35,701 bases of DNA from an uncultured archaeon (GCA_964645535.1 CAZYCQ010000026.1:7114-42814), one strand, 5' to 3'. Positions 17,199 through 26,149 are shown, counted from the first letter of the stretch. Numbers and translations: made by a program. The notes: a model not told the origin generated them from the sequence alone.

Positions 17199-17822
17199 GT
17201 GGAAATCCCCATCGTTTCAATCAAAGGATCAGTTATTCTTCCGCGAGCCTTTATGAAAATAATTTTTGTGAATGAGAAGTTCAGGAAGGTAGCTGACCAT
17301 GTGATGGGGGAACAACATTCACATCGTCTTTTTGCTTGCATCCAAAAGGAGGATGAAAGAGACCTGTTGGCAGGAAAAACGGTCATCGGAAGTATTTGCA
17401 AAATGCTTGATCTTCAAAAAAATGGAGACAAATGGATCGGATTTGTTCTCGGAATTAGCCCCTCAAAAATTGTTTATGACTATTCTGAAGACCTTGTCGA
17501 TTTCGGAAGAATCACCCTCATTGAAGAAATAAACGATTTGGAAGAAGAAGAGTACCAATCAATGCAAAACCAACTGTTCAACCTGATAGAAGAATATCAG
17601 CATGCATTGAATTTCAAGGCGTGTTCATCCCGGAATTTGAAGGATCTGAATCTGGAAGATCTGATCGGACAATTTGGAAGCTATAGCCCCATAACGACAG
17701 ATTTCAAGAAAAAATTGCTGAAAACCTCTTCCTTAAGGAAACGAGCACAACTCCTGATTGATTTTCTGACTGACCTGGTTCCACAGTCAGTGGTAGTTCC
17801 TACACAAGTCAGAGAAAACTGA
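17199..17822 (+). CDS. Stand-alone Lon N-terminal substrate-binding (LON/PUA-like) domain protein
   Basis: IPIVSIKGSVILP...IGSICKM...KKKLLKTSSLRKRAQLLIDFL follows the LonA N-domain pattern (LPxxxLxxxVxxP...KQxLLExxxxxxRxxxL). No AAA+ or protease domain. Confidence 0.75.
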   Translation: MEIPIVSIKGSVILPRAFMKIIFVNEKFRKVADHVMGEQHSHRLFACIQKEDERDLLAGKTVIGSICKMLDLQKNGDKWIGFVLGISPSKIVYDYSEDLVDFGRITLIEEINDLEEEEYQSMQNQLFNLIEEYQHALNFKACSSRNLKDLNLEDLIGQFGSYSPITTDFKKKLLKTSSLRKRAQLLIDFLTDLVPQSVVVPTQVREN

Positions 17823-17979
17823 ACAGAACACAGTCTCCCCAGCTGATTCAAAAACAGCAAAATTTGGTTCTGAAAATCAGTCCATCGATTATCTATAAGA
17901 GATGGGGTTAAATGCAAAATCATGTTCACTTTGAATTTTGTCTCCATTGTATTTTATTTGATCAAGGTGATGTTCAAAT

Positions 17980-18198
17980 ATGGTGAAAGGTTCGAACGAC
18001 AATTTTCTGACATTTTATGATTCCAAGATTGTGTCAGAATTAAATGGAGAAGAAAAATACAACATTTTTGTCTCAAAGAAATTCGTTGAAGACCGAATCG
18101 TTGAGATTGATTACAAACCCCAGGAGGAGAAATTGATTCTTCAAAAGAATCCAATTCAGTATACTTCCTATATCAAAAAGATAATTGTTGATGAATAG
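17980..18198 (+). CDS. Small hypothetical protein (72 aa)
   Basis: SD-like AAGGTGA at 17964-17970 and plausible composition; no recognisable family. Confidence 0.45.
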   Translation: MVKGSNDNFLTFYDSKIVSELNGEEKYNIFVSKKFVEDRIVEIDYKPQEEKLILQKNPIQYTSYIKKIIVDE

Positions 18199-18331
18199 GG
18201 TACTTTAAGCTTAGGATTACCTGAGTATTATTTTTGGTGGTGCCGCCAAAATTTGAACAAACTGCGGAAGTTTTGACGAGAAGTTTTTATAGGGTAAATC
18301 GATGTAAGCATACTCTCGAAAGGGTGGTAAT

Positions 18332-18946
18332 ATGTTAGGTTCGAATGGATATGATAGCATTAGCTATGAAAGAGGGGAAACCTCGATCAATATGATCAAA
18401 ATGTCGGAATTGATTTATGATTATCCGATTAAGCCAGAGACTGCAAATCTTGTGAAAGAGTATGAGCAAACATTCACATTTCCTTTAAGGTTTGAAGAAG
18501 AGGTCGGACAACGATTGGAAAAATACAATGGTGCAGAGAGAATCAACTCATTCAAAACCAAGGGCACAGGAATTAAGAGTCCAGTTCGTTTCAGAAAAAT
18601 AATGGAATATTGTCAGCAACAGTCAGGAATTACACCTAGTCATGGATTAAAAACCAATCCCGACATGAACAATTCAGATTCCATCATAATTCCCTTGCTG
18701 ATTGAGTTTCCAAATGGCATCAGCCTTGGTGTTATATATTTCGATGAAAAGCGATCTCTTTCATACACAAAGATTCAAAAGGCAGAAAGAGGGATTGTTG
18801 ATGCCAACCTTGATGGAGGACTTATCATCTACAATGTCCACGGAATGCAAGCAGAAAGGGAATTGCATAGGATCAATGAAATTCATGGGAGAGATAACTT
18901 TTTGACTATGGTAAGGTTTTCAGAGATAGAAAATTCATTGTACTAG
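18332..18946 (+). CDS. Hypothetical protein, possible degenerate restriction-endonuclease-like (Mrr-type) C-terminal fold
   Basis: 204-aa ORF with SD-like GGGTGG. GVIYFDEKRSLSYTKIQKAERGIVDANLDGGLII has Mrr-like topology but no clear PD-(D/E)xK motif. Confidence 0.7.
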   Translation: MLGSNGYDSISYERGETSINMIKMSELIYDYPIKPETANLVKEYEQTFTFPLRFEEEVGQRLEKYNGAERINSFKTKGTGIKSPVRFRKIMEYCQQQSGITPSHGLKTNPDMNNSDSIIIPLLIEFPNGISLGVIYFDEKRSLSYTKIQKAERGIVDANLDGGLIIYNVHGMQAERELHRINEIHGRDNFLTMVRFSEIENSLY

Positions 18947-18982
18947 CAAAATGATTTTCTTTCGTGGTATTGATCCACCTCA

Positions 18983-19423
18983 ATGGGATTTCAACCTATT
19001 GATCTCAATGATTTACCCCAATCCGATATTGAATTGATAGAAAAAGCCATTATGGCAAAAAATTTCTCATATTCCCCTTACTCAAAATTTAGGGTTGGAT
19101 CTGCACTTTTGACAGAAACAGGCGAGATATACACAGGGTGCAATATCGAAAACATATCATTTTCACCGACCATCTGTGCAGAACGAACTGCAATTTTCAA
19201 GGCAATTAGCGAAGGAAGAATGAAATTTCGGAAAATCGTGGTTGCAGTTGATGACAAGAATTTCTGCACACCTTGTGGAGTTTGCAGGCAAGTCTTGAGT
19301 GAATTCTGCGATAGAAATTTGGAGGTTTTTCTTGTCAACGGAGAACGAAAGGTTGTCAAGACAGATTTTGGATCAATTTTTCCAGGTGTCTTTCAACCAG
19401 AAAGTTCTATTGGGAAGAATTAG
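18983..19423 (+). CDS. cdd: Cytidine deaminase (homotetrameric type)
   Basis: SYSPYSKFRVGSAL, GCNIEN, ICAERTA, PCGVCRQVL. Confidence 0.96.
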   Translation: MGFQPIDLNDLPQSDIELIEKAIMAKNFSYSPYSKFRVGSALLTETGEIYTGCNIENISFSPTICAERTAIFKAISEGRMKFRKIVVAVDDKNFCTPCGVCRQVLSEFCDRNLEVFLVNGERKVVKTDFGSIFPGVFQPESSIGKN

Positions 19424-21627
19424 TTCTCATCAGAATCCGTACCTTGGTAGACAATCACCATCCGGTTATCAAGAACTTCCATCTTGATATCCAAGTCATC
19501 CTTCATAACCAATTCAGCGATCATGACCTCAAGCTTTTTCGGATCCAAGTTTAGGGTTTCAGCCAATGTGCTTAGAGGGACAACCCGCAGTTTCTTAATC
19601 TTTCTGGCAAGATCGATTCGTTCAAGTTTACGAACCATTTGAGGGGGCAGAACGCTTCCGGTAATCCTAGCTATTGCATTGTTGTCTCCTTCTTTCCAAT
19701 AGACCATGATCTTGTTGATTGTTGTTATGAAAGACCCGCTGTAACGTAATAGGGGAGATCGTCTTATCAGTTCTTCTGCCCGATCAATGGAGAAATTGAT
19801 GATCAATTCAATTCCCACCATCGCGGCATTGAATGCAGTCAAAATATTCCATATTTCTGGAGATGGATCTGCTTTTCCATCAAGAATGTTCAAAAGACCT
19901 GAAATTGCCACTCTTGACAATCTTTTGGATCCAAGGACGATTTGAAGAAGAGTCACCTTTCCCAATTCCGTGATGACGGGATTGTCTTGGTTAGGAACCG
20001 AAATCGGATGGAGAACATTCTGAACCACTTTTTCGCAGAGTTCAATATTGGTTTCCCTCAGATATTTGAAACTATTTGCAATCTTGGTGATGTAATCCTC
20101 ATCAAGATTTGAGATTTTATTGAGTATTCTTTGCGTCAGAATCTGCTCATAGCTTTGTTTGTGGTTCAAATACAAGAGGTTAATGAGGTTCCCCAATTCC
20201 TGTTTCTTTTCGATCGGTTCTGTTTCAATCCATTTTGAAATCAGAATCGAGGCAACTACAACCTCTTGGTCGGAATCACGATTGCAAACGTTCTGTAACC
20301 ATAATTGTGCCTGCTCATTTCTTTTTTCAATGATCTCATCAATCGTTACCTTGATTGAATCCTCAAAAGAAAGATCCTTAGGGGGTTTGTATGTTTCTTC
20401 CTCTTGCTCCTCGATCTCAATTTCTTTTTGCTCTTCTTCTGGTTTACTCTCTTCTTCAACAACACTTTTTGTCTTGACGGGTTCATCTTTCAATTTCAGT
20501 CTTGTAGAGGTTTCATCATCCTCTTCCCGTATTTCATCAATTGAAATGGCAGTTTTCAAGCTATTGCCTTCAGTTTTCACTGTTGGAATCTCAACCTTAC
20601 CATTAAGTTCTATATTTGCAATGTTGAAAAGAGATTCAACCAAATTCCTGGCAATTCCGGAGAAGTCTTTGTATGATTGACCAAACATTGGGATAATCTC
20701 TCTGATAACTTTGATTTCGCCATCATAAAGTCTCTGAAGTTCTTCTTCAGAAGCATCCTTGTCAATTACAACATAATCGAATATTTCCGAGAAATAAGAA
20801 TCAAAGGATTCGAAGTCCTCAAATCCGAGCAAAGGAGATAGTTCAGCATCTCTTTCTGAACTATCTGCTGCCAGTTTGGGGTTCCATAGAATAACTGCTT
20901 TATTCAATGGAGAAAGTTTTTTCACTTGTTGTGAGAGGGATTTGGATCTCAGAAAAACCTCCAGACTCAGAATGTCTGTAGGAATGAAAACCACAAGATC
21001 TGATTCTCCAAGTACATCCTTGACTCGATCATTGAGTTTCACTGATTCCAGTTTTTCAATCCCCTCAATTTCCAAACTTTTATTTCCCTTCTTTTTCTTT
21101 CCCTCTTCCCCATTCAATTTTGCGATATCAAAAAGCAGTTCCCCTGTTTCTGAGTAATATCTCAGGGGAGACCAACGTTTTTGCTTGACTGCAATCAGGT
21201 TCGGATTGAAGTCGGATAAAGGAAATATCTTGAGCTGTTTCTTTCCCACCTGACCTTCTAGGACTTCATATGCGCTTTCAATGTTTTTTGAGACGCTTTC
21301 AATTTGATTTATGTTATAGAGAATATGTAAATCGTCCTCTTCAAATTTCTTATCGTCTGCCAAACTTGAAAGAAGTTCCTCCTTAATTTTTGAAGGGATG
21401 GGGAAGGCTTCTTGTACATTTTCCGTTGTCTGCTTAAGTACAGTGACAAGTTCCCAAGGGAATAATTTAATTGGTTGAAACTTCTCCGTTTCAATCTCAT
21501 AATCCAGTAAATTTGAGCAAATGATATTGAGATGGATTCCTTCCACTTTTGTCAACATTTCCAAAACAGGACTTTCAACCTTTCCTGATACAATAATGGA
21601 AATGTTTGGAACGGTATCGCTGCTCAT
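19420..21627 (-). CDS. Multidomain protein: degenerate CofD-like N-domain, acidic linker, helical region, C-terminal PCI-like winged helix
   Basis: CofD-like blocks KIFPLSD, VKDVLGESDLVVFIPTD and FSEIFDYVVIDKD. The C-terminal VPLSTLAETLNLDPKKLEVMIAELVMKDDLDIKMEVLDNRMVIVY is PCI-like. Confidence 0.8.
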   Translation of the reverse strand: MSSDTVPNISIIVSGKVESPVLEMLTKVEGIHLNIICSNLLDYEIETEKFQPIKLFPWELVTVLKQTTENVQEAFPIPSKIKEELLSSLADDKKFEEDDLHILYNINQIESVSKNIESAYEVLEGQVGKKQLKIFPLSDFNPNLIAVKQKRWSPLRYYSETGELLFDIAKLNGEEGKKKKGNKSLEIEGIEKLESVKLNDRVKDVLGESDLVVFIPTDILSLEVFLRSKSLSQQVKKLSPLNKAVILWNPKLAADSSERDAELSPLLGFEDFESFDSYFSEIFDYVVIDKDASEEELQRLYDGEIKVIREIIPMFGQSYKDFSGIARNLVESLFNIANIELNGKVEIPTVKTEGNSLKTAISIDEIREEDDETSTRLKLKDEPVKTKSVVEEESKPEEEQKEIEIEEQEEETYKPPKDLSFEDSIKVTIDEIIEKRNEQAQLWLQNVCNRDSDQEVVVASILISKWIETEPIEKKQELGNLINLLYLNHKQSYEQILTQRILNKISNLDEDYITKIANSFKYLRETNIELCEKVVQNVLHPISVPNQDNPVITELGKVTLLQIVLGSKRLSRVAISGLLNILDGKADPSPEIWNILTAFNAAMVGIELIINFSIDRAEELIRRSPLLRYSGSFITTINKIMVYWKEGDNNAIARITGSVLPPQMVRKLERIDLARKIKKLRVVPLSTLAETLNLDPKKLEVMIAELVMKDDLDIKMEVLDNRMVIVYQGTDSDEN

Positions 21628-21809
21628 TATTGTTCAGTGCTCGATACTCTTTTTTCATCAACTTAAAGGATTCGGTCGAAATCTTAGATGAAATAAGTAT
21701 CCATTTTTCTAAGGGTCGCAATAGTTTGAAATTTGGAGTCTTTAGATGAATGGCCAAAAAAAATTGGAAATGGTTGAACTTCAACAGGAATTTTCGTCTA
21801 ATTTATTGA

Positions 21810-22454
21810 TCATGAGTTTGAAATGGGGAATCTTGGCAGGACAATCTTGAAAAAGGAATAGTTGACCATGATCATTGAGAATACCAGCAACTGAGGAATG
21901 AATGATCCAAGGATTGATGAAAAAACCGGGCTGATCACCGCTACAAGGCTTGGAGTACAGCAGGAAACCAAACTTGCTGAGGCAGACATTAAGGCGCCGA
22001 AAGAAGAAGTTGCCGTTTCTGTAGTTCCTTTGACCTGTTTATCCGTTTTTGTGGGTTGAAGGGTACAAACCGGAGGGAGGGTAAAATGAACGGAATAGGT
22101 TATGGCAATCAACAATGAGAGTGCAATGAAGGTTGTACCAGGAAACCAGATGAAGATTATTGCCCAGTGTGTTGTGAGATTAAATTTTAATTCATAGGAA
22201 TTGATGAAAATTCCTGGTTCAAGATAGTAAAATTCAGCAATACCACCAGTCAGGAAAATAAGGATGAACAGCATGGAGAAAAACAGAATGATAAAACGTA
22301 AGAACAATTTCTTTTTCATTTGTAAGTCAATGTAGTAATCGGATTGACGTAGTCTTCTGATCAAAAATAACAAGGGAACAGTGATCCCAATTATCGGCAA
22401 TCCAACAACGTTCCATAGCTGAGACAAGTCCACATCCATCATGACGGCATGCAT
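21810..22454 (-). CDS. Membrane protein with a vicinal Cys-Cys motif
   Basis: About 5 hydrophobic segments; PPVCTLQ and ASLVSCCTPSLVA. The start may be a few codons downstream (MMDVD). Confidence 0.7.
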   Translation of the reverse strand: MHAVMMDVDLSQLWNVVGLPIIGITVPLLFLIRRLRQSDYYIDLQMKKKLFLRFIILFFSMLFILIFLTGGIAEFYYLEPGIFINSYELKFNLTTHWAIIFIWFPGTTFIALSLLIAITYSVHFTLPPVCTLQPTKTDKQVKGTTETATSSFGALMSASASLVSCCTPSLVAVISPVFSSILGSFIPQLLVFSMIMVNYSFFKIVLPRFPISNS

Positions 22455-22490
22455 ATATTAAAACATGAACTTCTGAAAAATGGGATGCCA

Positions 22491-22988
22491 TCAATCCATT
22501 TTACCGTACCAGAGATTTCCGGGAATATCCACGATGTTTCCCCAATGCATTCCCTTCTCGAACTGAATGGGAGGAAGAGAATATAGGTGTCGATAGTGGA
22601 TAAGCATTGCTCCGTGATGGAGCGCATGATTGAAGGATCGTATCATAATCCATGGGATTGACAGACGGGGTTTTTCTTCATCTTTGGATTTCCAATATAG
22701 CTCCTTTTCGTCTTCCAGTGCATTTGCAAAATATTCTTCCTGCTTACGCAAAACTTCGAAAAACTGATCGACTGTCTTGATTGATGAACTGAAGGGAAAC
22801 CGTGTTCCCCTCTGTTTCATCCACCATCCAGGGGTTCCCACTACATGTTGAAGCAACTCAAAAGGAGTAAGCGCGGTTCCGATTTTTTCATGGAATTTTT
22901 CTTCTGGAAAGCCTTCCAATATTTTTTTGAAATATGGTTCAATCGTCTGATATGCACTCAAAGCGTGTTCCCGTAAGATTTCTTTCAT
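22491..22988 (-). CDS. DinB/YfiT family protein
   Basis: TPFELLQHVV...IPWIMIRSFNHALHHGAML carries the H...HxxH DinB metal triad. Confidence 0.85.
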   Translation of the reverse strand: MKEILREHALSAYQTIEPYFKKILEGFPEEKFHEKIGTALTPFELLQHVVGTPGWWMKQRGTRFPFSSSIKTVDQFFEVLRKQEEYFANALEDEKELYWKSKDEEKPRLSIPWIMIRSFNHALHHGAMLIHYRHLYSLPPIQFEKGMHWGNIVDIPGNLWYGKMD

Positions 22989-23033
22989 AGTTGTCTACAA
23001 TTGTGATCGCATTTAAGGATTTGTCAGATCTTA

Positions 23034-23645
23034 TTAGACCACAAAATATTTTGTTGTTCCACCTATTTTTTCCTTTCCAACATGACCTCTCTCAAAAAGA
23101 GTTTCTACTACACGTAAAACGGATTCTGTATCCAAATTCAGATCACTTGCTATGTTCCCGATCGTTGTCTCTTTTTTTCTCAATAGATATTTGGCTATAT
23201 CTTGGAGTTCCGGTTCCAGAAAAATTAGTGTTTTTGCATCCAATGGATTTCTTGGATCAATCCTGAGGTCTTGTGGATCATGACCGATCACCTCGTCAAT
23301 ATCTTCATTGAACCCTTCAAAATCAATGGTTTCTCCTTTCCAATTTTCAATCAAGGTCTTATATCTTCTCATGAACAAAATGCCAAGATGTTTGACTTTC
23401 TCGATTGCCTTGGTAGATCGTGTAGAGACCAGTACAACATAGAATGGTCCAGCACGTTCTGCGGAGAATTGAATCGGTCCAGCGGTTAGCTCTGAAAAAT
23501 ATGTACCTGTTACTTCTTTAATGAAATTCTGCATTGCAACAATCATGGCAGAAACAAGATCCTCATCCGGAGCAATGGTTGAGAATCGCTTGGAAAAAGC
23601 GTTTCTTCCATCTTCAGCAATGATATAAACCGCGTGTGGTCTCAC
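23034..23645 (-). CDS. Longin-like domain fused to a C-terminal winged-helix (HTH) domain
   Basis: HAVYIIAEDGRNAFSKRF...DEDLVSAMIVAMQNFIKEVTG, then TTIGNIASDLNLDTESVLRVVETLFERGHVGKEKIGGTTKYFV. The GTG start overlaps the upstream TGA, with a GGAGG SD. Confidence 0.85.
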   Translation of the reverse strand: MRPHAVYIIAEDGRNAFSKRFSTIAPDEDLVSAMIVAMQNFIKEVTGTYFSELTAGPIQFSAERAGPFYVVLVSTRSTKAIEKVKHLGILFMRRYKTLIENWKGETIDFEGFNEDIDEVIGHDPQDLRIDPRNPLDAKTLIFLEPELQDIAKYLLRKKETTIGNIASDLNLDTESVLRVVETLFERGHVGKEKIGGTTKYFVV

Positions 23646-24508
23646 ATGTCTTCCTCCTTCTTAAACGCCAATTTTAGAAAACAATCTGCAATTTGGGGCA
23701 TGTTCTTTGCAAGATTTCCATTTGGATTGGCAACTACGTGAATGGGACGTTGAGCCTTTAGTCCTTCCAAAAAGTACATTGCAAATTCCGCTTCTTTCTC
23801 AATAACCTCAAAATCAATTGGGATAAAGCCACAGACATTGACTTTTTGTGGGTCAACAAATTCAATGATATGCTTTCTGACCAGCATCTTAGTGTATTCT
23901 TCACCATCATCTTCAAGGAATGCATGTGGAACTTGATTCAAGATCAATGATGTCCTTGGTTTCAATCCAGAATAAAGCGTTTCGAGCATCTGCCGAGTTC
24001 CAGAAATGTCTGCATTGATCAACCTCAGCATGAGGATCAAATGCTTGGCCGCTGCAACTGCATTCAAGGAATCCGCTGAAAAACCGGGTGATGTGTCAAG
24101 AATTACGAAGTCTGCGTTCCATGGGTCTTTGGGAAGGATATCGTCAATTAGAGAGATCAGTTTGTATAAATTGTCCAATGAGGCTTCCTTAGTCTGTTGG
24201 GTAATCTTGGAAATGATTTCACTCTTATCATCAGCTAGACCCATGAACAATTTTCCCTCAATATTTCGTCCAATCAAAGTGGTTGCATCAAAGATAAATT
24301 CATCAGGACGTGCCTGACCACTAAAGTAATCGTTGATTCTTTTCTTTCCTTCCCCGTCGATGTAGGTCTGCAAGCTCGGGGCGCCCAAGTCCATATCCAG
24401 AATGACAACCCGAAATCCTTGCTGTACCAGATAAGCTGCGAGGTTTACGGACAGAAGTGTTTTTCCTGTTCCACCACGTAAACTATGAACCGCTATAGTC
24501 AAAGTCAT
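23642..24508 (-). CDS. MinD/ParA-family ATPase
   Basis: IAVHSLRGGTGKT (deviant Walker A), LDMDLGAPSL, VILDTSPG, ILNQVP. The start is trimmed to MTLTIAV at 24508. Confidence 0.92.
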   Translation of the reverse strand: MTLTIAVHSLRGGTGKTLLSVNLAAYLVQQGFRVVILDMDLGAPSLQTYIDGEGKKRINDYFSGQARPDEFIFDATTLIGRNIEGKLFMGLADDKSEIISKITQQTKEASLDNLYKLISLIDDILPKDPWNADFVILDTSPGFSADSLNAVAAAKHLILMLRLINADISGTRQMLETLYSGLKPRTSLILNQVPHAFLEDDGEEYTKMLVRKHIIEFVDPQKVNVCGFIPIDFEVIEKEAEFAMYFLEGLKAQRPIHVVANPNGNLAKNMPQIADCFLKLAFKKEEDM

Positions 24509-24593
24509 GCTTCGAACCTCAAGATATTTTAAAATGACCTTTTTTTTCCTTTGATTTTTGTCCTTGTTAAACTTTGCTTTGAGATTTGTCGTA

Positions 24594-24914
24594 TCACGAT
24601 TCAAGAATGTCATCTGCCCAAGATAAAGCCGCCATCATTTTTGCAAAGCCAACTTGGGTCGTCGAAAGAAAAATGGCATGGCGGATTTCATCGGCTGTGG
24701 CTCCGTGCCCCAATGCTTTGCGAACACTTGAATGAAGACTTCCTTCAGAACCAGTTCCGATGGCAATTCCTATCTTTATTAAGCTGATGGTTTTTTCATC
24801 AAGAGGGCCTGCATTCTTGATTGCATCGCCAAGCTTTTCATAAGCCCCAATGACTTCAGGATATTTTTCCTTAATCTGCATATACCGTTTGGGTGGACCA
24901 GTGTCTTTTCCCAT
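24594..24914 (-). CDS. Carboxymuconolactone decarboxylase (CMD/AhpD-like) family protein
   Basis: GPLDEKTISLIKIGIAIG...SLHSSVRKALGHGATADEIRHAI...VGFAKMMAALSW. No CxxC. Confidence 0.9.
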   Translation of the reverse strand: MGKDTGPPKRYMQIKEKYPEVIGAYEKLGDAIKNAGPLDEKTISLIKIGIAIGTGSEGSLHSSVRKALGHGATADEIRHAIFLSTTQVGFAKMMAALSWADDILES

Positions 24915-25054
24915 GCATTGATGTCGAAAAGCAGATTAAAAAAACTATAAGGATGATATCAGGCAGAAAAGAAAAAAAAACTGAGAATTTCTGAATTCAA
25001 CAAAAATATTGCTCAAAAACTCATGCTTTTATCCTTCTTCCCTTTGCATAATTC

Positions 25055-25741
25055 ATGAAATTCCTGATTACTGGAGGAACTTCCGGCATCGGAAGAGCCT
25101 TGGCGGAGAATCTTCTTACACAAGGTCATCAAGTTGCAATCATTGGAAGAAAACCAGGGAAAGTTGCGGATTTGGTAGATCAATACAAAGAACTGGCACG
25201 AGTTTATCAATGCGATGTCCGTCTTCCAGAAGAGGTCACGTCGTCCTATCATACAATAAAGTCAGAAATAGGGATTCCTGATGTAGTGATACTCAATGCG
25301 GGAGTGGGTTTTTTTGGGAATTTAGAGGATCTAACCCATGAACAGTTTGATCTTCAATTTGATACAAACGTAAAGGGAGTCTTCAATTGGCTCAAGGTTA
25401 CCTTGCCTGATTTGAAAAGGCAAAATAAAGGACAAATTGTCATCACTTCATCGAATCTAGGAATTGAAACATCTCCAAGAGCTTCAATTTATGCTGCGAC
25501 AAAGCACGCCATTCAGGCAATGGTTTCATGCCTTCGAAAAGAACTCGTCGGTTCGGATGTCAAGGTGGCAACAGTTAATCCAGGGTCAGTAGATACACCT
25601 TGGTTTGATGGCAAAAAAGTTGATAGATCCAGAATGCTTGATGTCGAAGCTGTTGTGAAAGCTTTTCTCTTGATCATTGAACAAAATCAAACCAGTGATA
25701 TAGAAAGAATTGTTCTTCTTCCTGCAAAAAGATCAACTTAA
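25055..25741 (+). CDS. Short-chain dehydrogenase/reductase (SDR)
   Basis: ITGGTSGIG, NAGVG, YAATK, VNPGSVDT. Confidence 0.95.
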   Translation: MKFLITGGTSGIGRALAENLLTQGHQVAIIGRKPGKVADLVDQYKELARVYQCDVRLPEEVTSSYHTIKSEIGIPDVVILNAGVGFFGNLEDLTHEQFDLQFDTNVKGVFNWLKVTLPDLKRQNKGQIVITSSNLGIETSPRASIYAATKHAIQAMVSCLRKELVGSDVKVATVNPGSVDTPWFDGKKVDRSRMLDVEAVVKAFLLIIEQNQTSDIERIVLLPAKRST

Positions 25742-26106
25742 ACCATCTGTGGTGGAAGTTCATTTGGATCATAGGGAATTAGTAAAGCAGCAACGATGTA
25801 AGCAATCAAAATAGATCCGCCTGTAAACAGGAAAAGGAGAACTGTAAGGATTCTGACAAGATCAGGATCCATGTTCAAATGTTTGGCCAATCCTCCACAG
25901 ACCCCTAAGAACACCTTATTGTTCCTTGTTCGGTAAATTTTGTTTGTGATTGGGGGTTGTGGTTGCATAACCTGTTGTGGCGGTTGTGTAGGTGCTGATT
26001 TTGGTGGAGCGTCTCCTTTGGCAGGAGCCAAATGTGTGCCACATTCGGAACAGAATTTGGCATTGGAATCATTCATCGCACCACATGAAGGACAAGCTAC
26101 ATTCAT
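25738..26106 (-). CDS. Zinc-ribbon plus PspC-domain membrane protein
   Basis: CPSCG...NAKFCSECG, a Pro/Gln linker, and the PspC motif KIYRTRNNKVFLGVCGGLAKHLNMDPDLVRIL...AYIVAALLIP. Confidence 0.92.
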   Translation of the reverse strand: MNVACPSCGAMNDSNAKFCSECGTHLAPAKGDAPPKSAPTQPPQQVMQPQPPITNKIYRTRNNKVFLGVCGGLAKHLNMDPDLVRILTVLLFLFTGGSILIAYIVAALLIPYDPNELPPQMV

Positions 26107-26149
26107 AATTGATTGTTGGGGGTGTAGTTAAAAAATGTTTTTCTTTCCT

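Noticed and set aside
19420-21627. Calling this gene cofD
   Set aside because: The catalytic and phosphate-binding motifs are missing and the protein is more than twice CofD length, with unrelated C-terminal domains.
24509-24613. N-terminal extension of the MinD ORF
   Set aside because: MinD/ParA proteins start just before the Walker A strand. The extension crosses AT-rich promoter-like sequence and overlaps the CMD gene.
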